248,000 nt of DNA from Hyalangium minutum (GCF_000737315.1 NZ_JMCB01000001.1:20001-268000), one strand, 5' to 3'; positions 223,041-234,488 are shown, counted from the stretch's first letter. Numbers and translations are program-made. The notes: generated by a model not told the origin, from the sequence alone.

Positions 223041-223412
223041 ATGCGGCTGTGGATTGTCCTGGGCGCGGTGAACGCGTTCCTCTCGGTGGCGGCAGGGGCT
223101 TTCGGCGCGCACGGGCTGAAGGCACGGCTCTCCGCGGATCTCCTCGCCATCTTCGAGACCGGGGCCCGCTACCACATGTACCACGCGCTGGGGCTCATCG
223201 CGGTGGGGCTCGTGGCGCAGGCGCGGCCTGTAGGGCTGCTCACCGGTGCGGGTGTGGCCATGTTGGCGGGGATCGTCCTCTTCTCCGGCAGCCTGTACGC
223301 ACTGGCGCTCACGGGCGTTCGCGCCCTGGGAGCCATTACTCCCCTGGGAGGCCTGGGCTTCCTGGCCGGCTGGGCCCTGCTGGCGCTGGCTGTCTGGCGC
223401 GCCGGGCCCTGA
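223041..223412 (+). CDS. DUF423 membrane protein
   Basis: GAFGAHGL; FSGSLY; ITPLGG. Confidence 0.9.
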   Translation: MRLWIVLGAVNAFLSVAAGAFGAHGLKARLSADLLAIFETGARYHMYHALGLIAVGLVAQARPVGLLTGAGVAMLAGIVLFSGSLYALALTGVRALGAITPLGGLGFLAGWALLALAVWRAGP

Positions 223413-223415
223413 GCC

Positions 223416-223724
223416 TCACTTCACCTTCGGAGGCATGGGGTACATCAGATCGACCTCGGCGTGGTCGAACAGGCCTATCGCCTCGCGCTGGATGATGAGG
223501 TACCAGCGCTGGTGGTCTGCCTCCGCCCAGAGCTTCTGGTACTCCTCGACCTTCTTGGCGCGCGGGGGCCCGGCGAGCGTTCGCAGCTCGGGTTCGAGCT
223601 TCACCATCTGGCCAATCAGGATCTCCAGCTTGTCCCCGACGCGCCGGAGCGCGGAAGCCTTCTCCTGGCGAATCTGGACTTCAATCGCGAGCGGTGTGCC
223701 GATCGATGAGGATGACGAGGGCAT
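223416..223724 (-). CDS. small hypothetical protein
   Basis: LIIQREAIG pattern; coding bias. Confidence 0.6.
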   Translation of the reverse strand: MPSSSSSIGTPLAIEVQIRQEKASALRRVGDKLEILIGQMVKLEPELRTLAGPPRAKKVEEYQKLWAEADHQRWYLIIQREAIGLFDHAEVDLMYPMPPKVK

Positions 223725-223733
223725 GGCGGAAAG

Positions 223734-225092
223734 CTAACGGCCCCCCGTGGGGCTGTCACCAGAGGGGGCCTCCGGAGCGGGGGCTGCCTCCTGAATTCCA
223801 TCGGTTGCGCTTATTGGCTGGGCCAGCCGAGGGAGCGAGGGCGAGGCGGGCCCGCCCGGCAGGAACGAGGCCACGGTGACGTCCTTCTGCCGCTTGCGGA
223901 GCTCCTTGTAATCCTCGATGGCCCGCTCCAGGCCCACATCCTTCTTCTCCCGCTCGGAGAGGAACCACTTGTGCTCCAGCACCTGGCAGTAGAGCTCGGA
224001 CAGCTCGGTCGCTCCTCGGACAGGCATGAGCTTCTGAACGGTCGGGTTGAAGCGCTCCTCCAACCAACGGAAGGCTGCGGTGCTCAGCGGGGTGCTGCGG
224101 TTGAGCTCGCGCGCCAGCGTGGCCTTGAGCTCCTGGATCTCGTTGAGCAGCAGCGTGGCCTGCTTCTCCTCGGCGACGATGCCCAGCAGGTTGTGGAGCT
224201 GGTGCCGGTGGTAGCTGCGGTCCGTGACGATGGTCCGCATGCGCAGGTGATCGCTCTCGCCGCTGGCCACCAGATCCACCTCCCCCACCGAGAACCCCAG
224301 GTCGTTCAGCGCGCGGATCCGCTCGTGGATGCGGTAGCTCTCGTTCGGCGCAATGGGGATCTCCTTGTTGATCTCCTCCCAGAGCCGCTCGTAGCGCTTG
224401 CGGATGGTGGGGCCGGTCTCGAAAACCTCCAGCGACGGGGGCAGCTCCACCACCGCCGCCAGATCCGCCAAACCGCCGGCGACGTTCTCCTCCATGATGT
224501 CCAGGTCGTGCAGGCGCTTGCCGTCCGACAGGTGCTCGTGCAGCTCGGAGGTCTCCGCGTCCACCGCGTAGGCCTGCAGCTCGCCCGCGTCCCGGCGGAA
224601 CAGCGTGTTGGAGAGGGAGCAGTCGCCCCAGTAGAAGCCGCCCAGGTGCAGGCGCACGAGCAGGCTGGCCATGGCGTCCAGCAGCCGCTCCCGGTAACGC
224701 TCCAAGCCCTGGTTCATGAAGAGCGTGCGGTACGGGAGCGAGCCCTCCAGGAAGCGGGTGATGAGCACGCTGCTCTCCTCCCCCTCTGAGAGCGTGGCGC
224801 TCGTGCGCGCCTTCACCAGTCCGACGGCCTCCACCGCCGGCAGCTCCCGCTCCTCGAGGCCTCGCAGCACCTCGTACTCGCGCTGGCCCACGCGCGGCGG
224901 CAGCTCCTTGAGGGCGTAGATGACCTTGCCGTAGCTGACGAAGAGCACCTCGTGGCGGGACAGACCACGCGGCACCTGGACCAGCCGGTTGCACTTCCCC
225001 TCCCACTCCGCGAGCGACAGGCTCCAGGGCAGGTCGAGGAAGTCCGGGTGCCCCTGGCGAATCTGGATGGCGGTGAGGCCGATGGGTGGCAT
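223734..225092 (-). CDS. kinase-like protein with DUF4032
   Basis: YWGDCSLSN; [13 protein letters not shown]. Confidence 0.8.
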   Translation of the reverse strand: MPPIGLTAIQIRQGHPDFLDLPWSLSLAEWEGKCNRLVQVPRGLSRHEVLFVSYGKVIYALKELPPRVGQREYEVLRGLEERELPAVEAVGLVKARTSATLSEGEESSVLITRFLEGSLPYRTLFMNQGLERYRERLLDAMASLLVRLHLGGFYWGDCSLSNTLFRRDAGELQAYAVDAETSELHEHLSDGKRLHDLDIMEENVAGGLADLAAVVELPPSLEVFETGPTIRKRYERLWEEINKEIPIAPNESYRIHERIRALNDLGFSVGEVDLVASGESDHLRMRTIVTDRSYHRHQLHNLLGIVAEEKQATLLLNEIQELKATLARELNRSTPLSTAAFRWLEERFNPTVQKLMPVRGATELSELYCQVLEHKWFLSEREKKDVGLERAIEDYKELRKRQKDVTVASFLPGGPASPSLPRLAQPISATDGIQEAAPAPEAPSGDSPTGGR

Positions 225093-225153
225093 GGCGTCGC
225101 TTCCCGAGAACAGTGCGTGGCGCTGCACCCCAAGCATATTCTGCCCCGCGACC

Positions 225154-226470
225154 ATGCACGCCCTCCTCCCGCTGCTTGCCCTGGCGCTCTGTCTCGCGCC
225201 CGTCACCACGCCCGCTCAGCCCTCCTCCCCTGCTGCTCCGGCTCCCGCGCCTGCCCAGCCCGCCACCCTGCTGCGCCCGGCCCGCGTCTTCGACGGGGTC
225301 TCGGCCCAGCCGCGTGAGGGTTGGGTGGTGCTCGTCAGGGGAGATCGGATCGCCGCGGTAGCGCCCGCTGCCCAGGTGAGGCCCCCCGAGGGCGCCGAGG
225401 TCATCGATCTGCCCGACACCACGCTCCTGCCCGGTCTCATCGAGGGCCACTCGCACCTGCTGCTCCACCCGTACAACGAAGCGCCCTGGAACGATCAGGT
225501 GCTCAAGGAGTCACTCGCGCTGCGCGTCGCGCGGGCCACCCAGCATGCCCGCGCTACCCTCATGGCGGGCTTCACCACGATTCGGGACCTGGGCACCGAG
225601 GGCGCTGGGGACGCGGACGTGGGACTCAAGCAGGCCATCCATCAGGGCATCATCCCCGGCCCCCGGATGAAGGTCACCACGCGGGCCCTCGTGGCCACCG
225701 GCAGCTATGGGCCCAAGGGACTCGCCGTGGAGTGGGAGGTGCCACAAGGCGCCGAGGAGGCGGATGGCGTGGACGCGCTCATCCGCGCTGTGCGGGGGCA
225801 GATCGGCCGCGGGGCGGACTGGATCAAGGTTTACGGGGACTACCGCTGGGGCCCCAAGGGTGAGGCGCGGCCCACGTACTCGGAGGCGGAGCTGCGGCTC
225901 ATCGTCGAGACGGCGCGCGACAGCGGCCGCCCGGTGGTGGTGCATGCATCCACGGCCGAGGGCATCCGCCGCGCGGTGATGGCGGGGGTGGAGACCATCG
226001 AGCACGGCGACGAGGCGACGCCCGAGGTGCTCAAGCTCATGGCCCAGCGAGGGGTAATGCTTTGCCCCACCCTCTCCGCCCAGGAGGCGAACCTGGGGTA
226101 CGGCGGGTGGAAGAAGGGCGTCAGCCCGGAGCCGGAGTCCGTGCGCAAGAAGCGCGAGGCCTTTCGCGCCGCGCTGGCCTCGGGCGTGACGATCTGCAAC
226201 GGCAGTGACTCGGGCGTCTTCGCGCACGGCGACAACGCGCGAGAGCTGGAGCTGATGGTGGAGTACGGCATGGCTCCCACGCAGGCGCTCCGGGCGGCCA
226301 CCTCCGTCAACGCGCGCATGTTGCACATGGAAGACCAGCTCGGGCAGGTAAAGGAGGGGCTGCTGGCGGACCTCGTCGCGGTGCGAGGCGATCCCACGCG
226401 CGACATTTCTACCCTGCGCCAGGTGCGGCTCGTGATGAAGGGCGGGAAGGTGTACCGCCGCGAGCCCTGA
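225154..226470 (+). CDS. secreted amidohydrolase (prolidase-like)
   Basis: PGLIEGHSH; TIEHG; GSDSG; [10 protein letters not shown]. Confidence 0.88.
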   Translation: MHALLPLLALALCLAPVTTPAQPSSPAAPAPAPAQPATLLRPARVFDGVSAQPREGWVVLVRGDRIAAVAPAAQVRPPEGAEVIDLPDTTLLPGLIEGHSHLLLHPYNEAPWNDQVLKESLALRVARATQHARATLMAGFTTIRDLGTEGAGDADVGLKQAIHQGIIPGPRMKVTTRALVATGSYGPKGLAVEWEVPQGAEEADGVDALIRAVRGQIGRGADWIKVYGDYRWGPKGEARPTYSEAELRLIVETARDSGRPVVVHASTAEGIRRAVMAGVETIEHGDEATPEVLKLMAQRGVMLCPTLSAQEANLGYGGWKKGVSPEPESVRKKREAFRAALASGVTICNGSDSGVFAHGDNARELELMVEYGMAPTQALRAATSVNARMLHMEDQLGQVKEGLLADLVAVRGDPTRDISTLRQVRLVMKGGKVYRREP

Positions 226471-226498
226471 GCTTTAACATTGATGGGATTCTCGGGAG

Positions 226499-226566
226499 GG
226501 AGGCGGCGGGAATCGAACCCGCCGCTTGGAGCTTCTGGCGAGCGCGCCTCAACTCGGTCAAGCGCG
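226499..226566 (-). repeat. tmRNA-3'-end-like att repeat, copy 3
   Basis: reverse complement GCGCTTGACCGAGTTGAGGCGCGCTCGCCAGAAGCTCCAAGCGGCGGGTTCGATTCCCGCCGCCTCC, near-identical to 110-177. Confidence 0.75.
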
Positions 226567-226583
226567 GGCCCCTTACCTTAGAA

Positions 226584-226690
226584 GAGTGCGGAGTGCTGGC
226601 CCACGGCTTCGCGCGGGTGCGGTGTGGAAGTTGTAAGGACGAACTTCTGTCGCCTTCTCATGCAAGGGGCGAAGAGTGTGCCTTCCTTGA
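226584..226690 (+). pseudogene. IS91-like (Y2) transposase zinc-finger fragment
   Basis: ECGVLAHGFARVRCGSCKDEL/VAFSCKGRRVC with frameshift. Confidence 0.7.
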
Positions 226691-226743
226691 GGAAGCCCGC
226701 AAGGCCCACGCCCGCGACGAGCAGTCACAGGGTCACCAGCCCC

Positions 226744-229700
226744 TCACGGAGACCTGAGTCGGCGCCGGCGAAGCGCCAGGGCCAGTGTCAACAAAGCCCA
226801 GGTGACAGGGGACGCGGAGGCGCTGGAGCAACCCCAGCCGTAATGGCTCTGCTGGACCGCGAAGACATGATCGACGCGCTGGCTCTCATTGCCAGCCTTA
226901 TCTCTGGCGATGGTGGAGACGACATGTTTCCCGACTGCCAGATCACTCGATGGGGTGAACATCCAGACCTCCGACTCATCGACGTCAACCTCGTCCACCT
227001 TCGTCCCATTCAGCCACACCTCCACCGTGCTCTCTCGCTCGGCGGTTCCACGAATGGTAGGCCTTCTGCTGGTGGCGAATTCCCCAGGCGCAGTCACTTG
227101 GGGCTCCGCTGGCGCCAGAGAATCAATGGTGAAGTCGAACGGCTTCGAAAGAGAGCTGATATTCTTCGCCAGATCCGCAGCGGTGGCAGTGATCTGGTGG
227201 GAGCCCTCATTCAGGGCGGGGGACGGGAAGGACCAACCGCCCGACGCACTCGCAACGGCTATCCCAGCTACCTCCCCATCCACCAGCACTGTCACCGTGC
227301 TCTCGGCCTCCGCTCTCCCCGTAAAGTTTAGACTCAAGTCTTTGATGGAACCCGCGGTTGCAGTGATCTCTGGGGCTGCTGGCGCCAGCGTGTCGACCCC
227401 AAAGCTAATGGGAGCGGAGACAGGGCTGACGTTGCCCGCTGCATCCATGGAGGTGGCCGTGACCTGGTGGGGCCCGTCGAGCAGCGCCGTGGTCGGGAAG
227501 TCCCAGCCGCCTGACGCTCTCACGATGGCTGTCCCGACCACGACCCCATCTAGAGACACCGTCACCGTGCTTTCGGCCTCTGCCGTTCCGGAAATGATGG
227601 GTCCCTGAGTATTGATGAATTCCCCGAGCGTGCTCAACACAGGTGCCGCTGGCTTCGACACGTCCACCTTGAAGCTGCGGGTCGGGGAGGCAGAACCCAT
227701 ATTGCCCGCCTCATCTGCGGCGGTAGCTGTGACTTGATGGGAGCCCTCTACCAGTTCCGTGGTTGGTATGGCGGCCCAGTCTCCCGCACTGTTCGCCATA
227801 GTCTTTCCCACAATGATCCCATCCAGCGAAACCGTGACGATGCTACTTGGCTCAGCCGTCCCGACGATGATTGGCTTCCGGGCATTGACGAGGTCCCCAG
227901 GTACAGTCACCGCTGGCGCACCTGGCTCCACGGTGTCAACCACGAAGGTACGGGCTTCGGACACAGGGCTGACATTGCCTGCCGCATCCATGGCGGTGGC
228001 ATGGACCTGCTGGACGCCATCGGTCAGCCCTGTGGCAGGGGTGAAACTCCAAGCTCCTCTGACATTGGCTGTGGCTGTGCCTGCCTCCGTGCCATCCAGG
228101 AATACCGTCACCGTGCTGTCGGCCTCCGCCGTCCCTCCAAGAATGGGCGTCGGCGTGTTGACGAATGCCGGAGGCGCGCTCATCAAGGGAGCACCTGGCG
228201 GCCTGGTGTCCACCGTGAACCTGTTGGTGTTGGAGCCGAAGCTGGTGTTGCCCGCCGCATCCCGTGCCGTGGCGCTCACCGGGTGTGCGCCATCAGCCAA
228301 CGGCGTGGTCGGCGTGAAGTTCCAGTTGCCGCTGGCATTGGCCGTGGTGGTGCCCACCGGCGTGCCGTCCACGATGACCGTCACCGTGCTGCCTGGCTCG
228401 GCGGTGCCCGTGTAGTCCGGGGTGTTGTCGTTGGTGCGCGAGCCATTGGCCGGTGTCACCACCACCGGAGCCGCCGGAGGCGTGGCGTCCACGATGAACG
228501 TGTTGGTGTTGGAGCCGGGGCTGGTGTTGCCCGCCGCATCCCGTGCCGTGGCGCTCACCGGGTGTGCGCCATCGGCCAGCGATATGGTCGGCGTGAAGTT
228601 CCAGTTGCCGCTGGCATTGGCCGTGGTGGTGCCCACCAGCGTGCCGTCCACGATGACCGTCACCGTGCTGCCCGGCTCGGCAGCGGTGCCCGTGTAGTCC
228701 GGGGTGTTGTCGTTGGTGAGCGAGCCGTTGGCCGGCGTCACCACCACCGGAGCCGCCGGAGGCGTGGTGTCCACGATGAACATGTTGGTGTTGCTCGACA
228801 CGCTCTGCACACCCTCGGTCGTGTTGACAGCCACGGCGCTCACCGTGTGCGAGTCGGGCGCCAGGGGCGTCGTGGGGGTGAAGCTCCAGTTGCCAGCGGC
228901 ATCCGGCGTCGCCGAGCCCACTGTCACCCCGTCCACGATGACGGACACCGTGGTCCCCGTGGGGAACGGCTGGGCGAGCGTGCCCATGTAGGTGAGCGTC
229001 GTGTTGTTGGTCGAGGAGCCGTTGGCCGGCGTGACTACCACCGGCGCGGGCAGCACGGGGAAGCCACCGGTCAGCGTGGCCGTGGCGCCTGCGGTTCCGG
229101 GCTGCGCGCCGTAAAAGGCGCCCAGCGGAGACGAGGAGTTCGCCTGCACGCCGGCGTTCCCGGTGTTGACGGCAAAGGTCGGCAGGGCGCAGGTGCCACT
229201 CCCCTTCTGGAAGATGATACGGCCACCGCCGCCCGCGCCACCCGGACCGACGTCGAAGCCCGAGTTGGAGCTGCCGCCGTTGCCTCCAATGGCCGTGATG
229301 TTTCCGCATGTCGCAGCTGCGGCGACGCGCAGGTAGATGGTGCCGCCGCCGCCACCGCCGCTCGAACCATCCTGACCGCTGGCGTTGCCGCCCGGATCGC
229401 CGTTGGCCGACATCGACCCGGCACCCGAGATCGCTCCGACGCGGGCGAAGATGATGCCACCGCCCCGGCCACCGGCTGCGGTGCCACCCGAGGAGTGACC
229501 CGCACCGCCGCCCCCGCCCATGAGCAGGTGGTTGAACTTGCTGGAGGACGTATAGGTCAGCCCCAAGCCTCCAGTTCCTCCCACGGCCCGGCTGCCATCA
229601 TTGCTGTTACCGCCCAGGCCGCCGCCACCGACGTGAGCGCCACCACCGCCGCCCGAGCTGTCACACACGCCACCGCCACCACCGGTGGTCACATGCCCGC

Positions 229701-230430
229701 GCCCCGTAACCGAGGAGCCGTACCGGGTGAAGGCGATGCCCTCACCCTTCTGCGCTCCCTTCGGAGGAGCCTCATCCAGCCCCGTGCAGCCCACGTCGCC
229801 GCTGGCGTCCTCCACCGGCTGCCCACTGCGGAAGCCACGGCCCGCGGCGTTGAGAGCGGGAATGCCCCCGCTGGTCATCAAGGTCCCCGAGACCAGGAAG
229901 GCCAGCACGCCGCCGGTGCTACCATCCCACATAGAGGGGGCAAGGCTGCGGGCAGCCGGGATGGTGAGGTTGAGGTACTCGGGCACCCGGACGACCTGGG
230001 TGACGTTGGCCGCGTAGCTGTAGAGCAGCGGTGCCGTCAGGTTCACCGTGGAGCCCGCCACGGTGGTCACCCGCACGAACTCCCAGCGGCCCACAGGCTG
230101 GTTGGTGTCGATGGTGATGGCGGTCGTATCTCCTCTGGGAGGCTCCGGGACGATGCCCGTCATCTGGATCACCACCAGCAGATCGCCCGCCGCGATCGGA
230201 TCAGCAGCCCCAGTGGAGGCCCCGATCTGGATGGCGGTGTCGCCCGGCGCCAGAGGCGCCGTCACCCGGGCGTAGGTGTTGATGATCTGGTTGGCAGTGC
230301 TGATCGTGGGTGGGGTGTCATCGCCACGGCCCAGGCCCACGTTGTCCGGGCCGGCCAGCGCGGGCAGCGCGCACAGGGTGAGCGCCAGCAGCGCGGTGTG
230401 GAGGATGTATTTCCAAGACATGCCCTTCAT
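226744..230430 (-). CDS. AgmC-like surface protein with ~7 Ig-like repeats and MYXO-CTERM-like tail
   Basis: signal peptide; APVVVTPANGS..GTAEPGSTVTV repeats; GWGCSS + TM + RRRR. Confidence 0.8.
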   Translation of the reverse strand: MKGMSWKYILHTALLALTLCALPALAGPDNVGLGRGDDTPPTISTANQIINTYARVTAPLAPGDTAIQIGASTGAADPIAAGDLLVVIQMTGIVPEPPRGDTTAITIDTNQPVGRWEFVRVTTVAGSTVNLTAPLLYSYAANVTQVVRVPEYLNLTIPAARSLAPSMWDGSTGGVLAFLVSGTLMTSGGIPALNAAGRGFRSGQPVEDASGDVGCTGLDEAPPKGAQKGEGIAFTRYGSSVTGRGHVTTGGGGGVCDSSGGGGGAHVGGGGLGGNSNDGSRAVGGTGGLGLTYTSSSKFNHLLMGGGGGAGHSSGGTAAGGRGGGIIFARVGAISGAGSMSANGDPGGNASGQDGSSGGGGGGTIYLRVAAAATCGNITAIGGNGGSSNSGFDVGPGGAGGGGRIIFQKGSGTCALPTFAVNTGNAGVQANSSSPLGAFYGAQPGTAGATATLTGGFPVLPAPVVVTPANGSSTNNTTLTYMGTLAQPFPTGTTVSVIVDGVTVGSATPDAAGNWSFTPTTPLAPDSHTVSAVAVNTTEGVQSVSSNTNMFIVDTTPPAAPVVVTPANGSLTNDNTPDYTGTAAEPGSTVTVIVDGTLVGTTTANASGNWNFTPTISLADGAHPVSATARDAAGNTSPGSNTNTFIVDATPPAAPVVVTPANGSRTNDNTPDYTGTAEPGSTVTVIVDGTPVGTTTANASGNWNFTPTTPLADGAHPVSATARDAAGNTSFGSNTNRFTVDTRPPGAPLMSAPPAFVNTPTPILGGTAEADSTVTVFLDGTEAGTATANVRGAWSFTPATGLTDGVQQVHATAMDAAGNVSPVSEARTFVVDTVEPGAPAVTVPGDLVNARKPIIVGTAEPSSIVTVSLDGIIVGKTMANSAGDWAAIPTTELVEGSHQVTATAADEAGNMGSASPTRSFKVDVSKPAAPVLSTLGEFINTQGPIISGTAEAESTVTVSLDGVVVGTAIVRASGGWDFPTTALLDGPHQVTATSMDAAGNVSPVSAPISFGVDTLAPAAPEITATAGSIKDLSLNFTGRAEAESTVTVLVDGEVAGIAVASASGGWSFPSPALNEGSHQITATAADLAKNISSLSKPFDFTIDSLAPAEPQVTAPGEFATSRRPTIRGTAERESTVEVWLNGTKVDEVDVDESEVWMFTPSSDLAVGKHVVSTIARDKAGNESQRVDHVFAVQQSHYGWGCSSASASPVTWALLTLALALRRRRLRSP
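228180..228760 (-). repeat. two near-identical ~280 bp Ig-domain repeats
   Basis: long DNA identity between consecutive units. Confidence 0.75.
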
Positions 230431-230907
230431 GTATCGCTTCCCTCACACCCGCCAGAGATTCACGGAACGGCGGGTGTGCAGACAAGCAATGCAAGAGTCG
230501 GACCTGAACATGCTGGTGCGCGTTCGGGCGAGCTGGGCACTCGCCGAACACGTGAACGGAAGCTGGACGTCGGCTGTCGCGGCCTGTCGTCAATTGACGC
230601 GCAAGCGCTCGCGGCTGACGCGTCAATTGCGGCGGCGCCGCAATCACCTGAGCAGCACCAGACTCCCGGCCCAGAAAGCCCAGAGCGTGTGGCGCCAAGC
230701 CAGCAGCAGGGATTGTCAAAAACACCAGCAACCCGCCTTGCCTTGAGCAGACGTTGGGCAAAACTTCGGTGTGCCCCACGCCGACTGCGCGGTTCGGAGG
230801 CCCCCTTCAGCCGCTCTCCGCTGCCACTCTATGCCCCTCCCTCACATGCAACAGTGCCCCCCTTCCTCAGACCGAGAGCGCTTGAAAGCGGCGGAGTGCC
230901 CTGCTTG

Positions 230908-230950
230908 GGAGCGTCGGCAATCGAACCCGCCGCTCGGAGCTTCTGACGAG
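230908..230950 (-). repeat. tmRNA-3'-end-like att repeat, copy 4 (degenerate)
   Basis: reverse complement CAGAAGCTCCGAGCGGCGGGTTCGATTGCCGACGCTCC. Confidence 0.6.
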
Positions 230951-231275
230951 TCGCCAGCGACGACAGTGGCGAGCGCGGGCTCTTCGTTTCTCGCTGCTCT
231001 CGATCTGTTCGGTTTCGTGTTGGGGGAACACCGGTCGGTTGCAAGGAGCGTCGCGTAGACGAAGACGCGCGCGGACGCGCCACGCTGGCTCCTGGGCGTT
231101 CATGGCTGCCCCCCGCTGCCATCGACAGGCCAGCAGAAGCCCATGCGCGCGCAAGACGATCTCGAATGTTATTTGGACTCCGCGTTATGGATCGTCCAGT
231201 TGTGCGGCGATACAAGAGGAGGGCGAACCAACACGCCGGGCTCAACGCCAGACGACTTCACCCAGGAGAGATGCC

Positions 231276-231596
231276 ATGTCCCAACTGAGGATCCATGCGA
231301 CCCACGGCTTCCACGCCACGATGACGGCCCGTCCAGGGAAGGCCGATGAGCTGATTGACCTCTTGCTCAGCGGAGCGCCGACGGGCAACGCGAACTGCCT
231401 CCTCTACCTCGTCGGGCGCTCGGCCAGCGATCCCAACGCCGTTCACGTCACCGAAGGCTGGACCACCCAAGAGGCCCACGCCGAGAACTTCGCGCGCGCG
231501 CAGTCGCAGTCGCTGGTCGCCAAGATCGCGCCGCTCGTGACTGGCGGCGCCCACTATCAGGACGTCATCACGATGGGAGGCACGCTCCGCAGATGA
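231276..231596 (+). CDS. ABM-family monooxygenase-like protein
   Basis: ARPGKADEL..LYLV..VTEGW. Confidence 0.7.
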   Translation: MSQLRIHATHGFHATMTARPGKADELIDLLLSGAPTGNANCLLYLVGRSASDPNAVHVTEGWTTQEAHAENFARAQSQSLVAKIAPLVTGGAHYQDVITMGGTLRR

Positions 231597-231712
231597 CCAG
231601 GGGGCGGCGACGCTCCACGAGCGACGACGTCTCCGCGAGGAGCACGGTCGTCAAATCATCCATCGCGCGCTGCAACAGCTACGGCGCCCAGCTCTGAACT
231701 CTGAAACGGAGA

Positions 231713-232462
231713 ATGTCTATGAAGAATGTCCTCATTACGGGTTGCTCTTCCGGGTACGGCCTCGAAACGGCGCGCTACTTCCACGAACGAGGCTGGCGCG
231801 TCGTTGCCACCATGCGAAAGCCGCGTGAAGACGTGCTGCCGCGCTCGGAGCGCCTTCGAATCGTTGCTCTCGACGTGACAAACGCCGCGAGCATCCAGGC
231901 GGCGATCGAAGCGAGCGGACCGATCGACGTCCTCGTCAACAACGCGGGCATCGGCGCCATCGGCGCGTTCGAGGCGATGCCGATGTCGATCGTGCGCGAG
232001 ATGTTCGAGACCAACACCCTCGGGGTCATTGCGATGACACAGGCCGTGGTGCCTCAGTTTCGACAGCGGCAATCGGGTGTGGTGGTGAACGTCACGTCGA
232101 GCGTGACGCTTGCGCCGATGCCGCTGGCCGCCGTCTACACCGCGACCAAGATGGCCATCGAAGGCTTCACCGCGTCGCTCGCACTGGAGCTCGAGTCCTT
232201 CAATGTCCGCGCCAAGCTCGTCGAGCCTGGCTACTGCCCGACGACCGCTTTCACTCGGAACTCTGGGCCACGAATGGAAGGGAACATTCCGGACGCGTAC
232301 GCGGCCTTCGCTCAGCGGGTTCTCGGTGACTTCACCCAGCAGCCGGTCGTGACGAAGGAGTCCGATGTCGCCGAGGTCGTCTATCGCGCTGCGAACGACG
232401 CCTCCGCACAGCTCCGCTTTCCCGCCGGGTCCGACGCGGTGGCTCTGGCTCAGGCGAAGTGA
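231713..232462 (+). CDS. SDR oxidoreductase
   Basis: TGCSSGYG, NNAG, YTATK. Confidence 0.9.
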   Translation: MSMKNVLITGCSSGYGLETARYFHERGWRVVATMRKPREDVLPRSERLRIVALDVTNAASIQAAIEASGPIDVLVNNAGIGAIGAFEAMPMSIVREMFETNTLGVIAMTQAVVPQFRQRQSGVVVNVTSSVTLAPMPLAAVYTATKMAIEGFTASLALELESFNVRAKLVEPGYCPTTAFTRNSGPRMEGNIPDAYAAFAQRVLGDFTQQPVVTKESDVAEVVYRAANDASAQLRFPAGSDAVALAQAK

Positions 232463-232474
232463 CGGAGTGCATCC

Positions 232475-233413
232475 ATGAACACCCTCCATCTCGTTGATCC
232501 CGCCGTCCGCGACTTCGTCGCCTCCGCAGGCCTCTTCGATCCCGAGCGCGACCCGCTCGAGCTCTTCCGCAAGCAGTTGCTTGCGTCGTACGCGCAGATG
232601 GCACCAGCGATGCCGGATGCACGAGAAGAGCGCTGGGTCCCCGGACTGCGTGAGGTTCGCGTGCTGATGTACCGTCCGAATGCCGGGCCCCCGCCGTCAC
232701 GAGCCATCGTCTACGTGCATGGCGGCGGCTTCATCGCGGGCGCCGCAGAAATGACAGACGCCATGTGCGTCCAACTCGCGAACGAGCACCGCGCGCTCAT
232801 CGTGAGCGTGGACTATCGCCTCGCGCCGGAGAGTCCGTTCCCCGGTCCCGTCGAGGAGTGCTACGCCGCCCTCTCATGGGTCCTGAAGGAGTCTCCCTCT
232901 CTTGGGATCAATCCCGCACGGGTCATCCTGCTGGGACACAGTGCGGGCGGAGGTCTCGCGGCGGCGACGGCGCTCCTGCATCGAGATCGTGGAGGCGCGC
233001 TTCTCGCTGGGCAGGTGCTCGTCTACCCCATGCTCGACGCGCGGACGGGAACGCCGGAGGCGCCCGTCGACAATCCGACCACTGGCGAGTTCGGATGGAC
233101 GCGAGCGATCAACCGCTTCGCTTGGCAGGCAATGCGAGGCGGCGCATCCATCCCGAGCGAGCGCCAAGGTCACTACTCGCCGTCTCTCGCGAGCGACCTC
233201 ACCCACCTGCCTCCGACGTTCCTGGCCGTCGGGTCCGTCGACCTCTTCTTCGAAGAGGATATTGCATACGGGATGCGCCTCTCGCGTGCAGGCGTGCCGG
233301 TCGAGCTCCACGTGTACCAGGGCGGTATCCACGGCTTCGACTTCTTCCCCGGGAGCACGACGGACCGCTTCTCCGCGGAGCTGCGCGCGGCGATTGCGCG
233401 CCTGCTCGGGTGA
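232475..233413 (+). CDS. HSL-family esterase/lipase
   Basis: HGGGF, GHSAGG, HGF. Confidence 0.9.
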   Translation: MNTLHLVDPAVRDFVASAGLFDPERDPLELFRKQLLASYAQMAPAMPDAREERWVPGLREVRVLMYRPNAGPPPSRAIVYVHGGGFIAGAAEMTDAMCVQLANEHRALIVSVDYRLAPESPFPGPVEECYAALSWVLKESPSLGINPARVILLGHSAGGGLAAATALLHRDRGGALLAGQVLVYPMLDARTGTPEAPVDNPTTGEFGWTRAINRFAWQAMRGGASIPSERQGHYSPSLASDLTHLPPTFLAVGSVDLFFEEDIAYGMRLSRAGVPVELHVYQGGIHGFDFFPGSTTDRFSAELRAAIARLLG

Positions 233414-233453
233414 TTCCGAAACACGGGAGACGCGCTATGATATCGGGCCTATC

Positions 233454-234479
233454 ATGCATTCGCGAGCGTCTGAGTCCCCCCTCCCGGAGCCCGCCCACGA
233501 CACGTCCGACCCTCTCGCTGCCGTCATTTCGCTCCTCCGCCCTCAGACGGTGCTCTCGAAGGTCATCAGCGGCGCCGGACGATGGAGCGTGCGATACGAT
233601 GCGCATGAGGATCCCGGGTTTTGCCTCATGCTGGAGGGCTCCTGCTTCCTCGACCTCGACGGCATCGGCTCGATCAAGCTCGAAGAGGGTGACTTCATCC
233701 TCCTGCCCGCCACTCCCGGCTTCACCATGGCGAGTGATCTCGGGATCAAACCCAAGCTCATCAAGCCGACGCATACGAACGAGCTCCGACACGGAACGCA
233801 GTCTGGCCCCCCGACGATGCGACAGCTCGGCGGGTACTTCCGCTTTGATCGCACGAACGCCCAGCTCGTCGTCAGCTTCCTACCGTCAATGATTCATATT
233901 CGGCGAGATGAGCCGGGAGCCACGCGGCTGCGCAGGGTCGTCGAGCTTATCAGCGAGGAGACGGCGGCACGTCGTCCGGGGCGTGATTTGATCCTTGGGC
234001 GACTCGTCGAGGTGCTCCTTGTCGAGGCCCTGCGCTTTCGACCCGCAGAAGCCGCGGGTCAGGAGAAAGGGCTGCTCGCAGGCCTCACCGATTCCGCGCT
234101 TGCCCGCGCTCTTCGGCGGATGCACGACGACGTTGCGCACCGATGGACGGTCGCCGACTTGGCGCGGACGGCAGGCATGTCTCGCGCGTCCTTTGCAGAA
234201 CGGTTCATGCGAACGGTGGGGGTGCCTCCCATGGAGTACCTTCTCGAATGGCGCATCGCGATCGCGAAAGACCTCCTTCGGCGAGAGCGCGTCTCACTCT
234301 CGGAGGTGGCTGAGATGATCGGGTACCAGTCCGCGAGCGCGTTCAGTACGGCGTTTTCGCGCCATGCCGGCTGCTCGCCAAGCGAGTTTGCTCGCTCGAT
234401 GCGCATAGGCTCACAGCCACATTCGAGGGGCCACCCCGAGCGGAGAGGGGTTTATCGTCCGTTTAAAAACGGGGCGTAG
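233454..234479 (+). CDS. AraC family regulator (cupin_6 type)
   Basis: WTVADLA..MSRASF; GYQSASAFS. Confidence 0.88.
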   Translation: MHSRASESPLPEPAHDTSDPLAAVISLLRPQTVLSKVISGAGRWSVRYDAHEDPGFCLMLEGSCFLDLDGIGSIKLEEGDFILLPATPGFTMASDLGIKPKLIKPTHTNELRHGTQSGPPTMRQLGGYFRFDRTNAQLVVSFLPSMIHIRRDEPGATRLRRVVELISEETAARRPGRDLILGRLVEVLLVEALRFRPAEAAGQEKGLLAGLTDSALARALRRMHDDVAHRWTVADLARTAGMSRASFAERFMRTVGVPPMEYLLEWRIAIAKDLLRRERVSLSEVAEMIGYQSASAFSTAFSRHAGCSPSEFARSMRIGSQPHSRGHPERRGVYRPFKNGA

Positions 234480-234488
234480 GTTGCCAGC

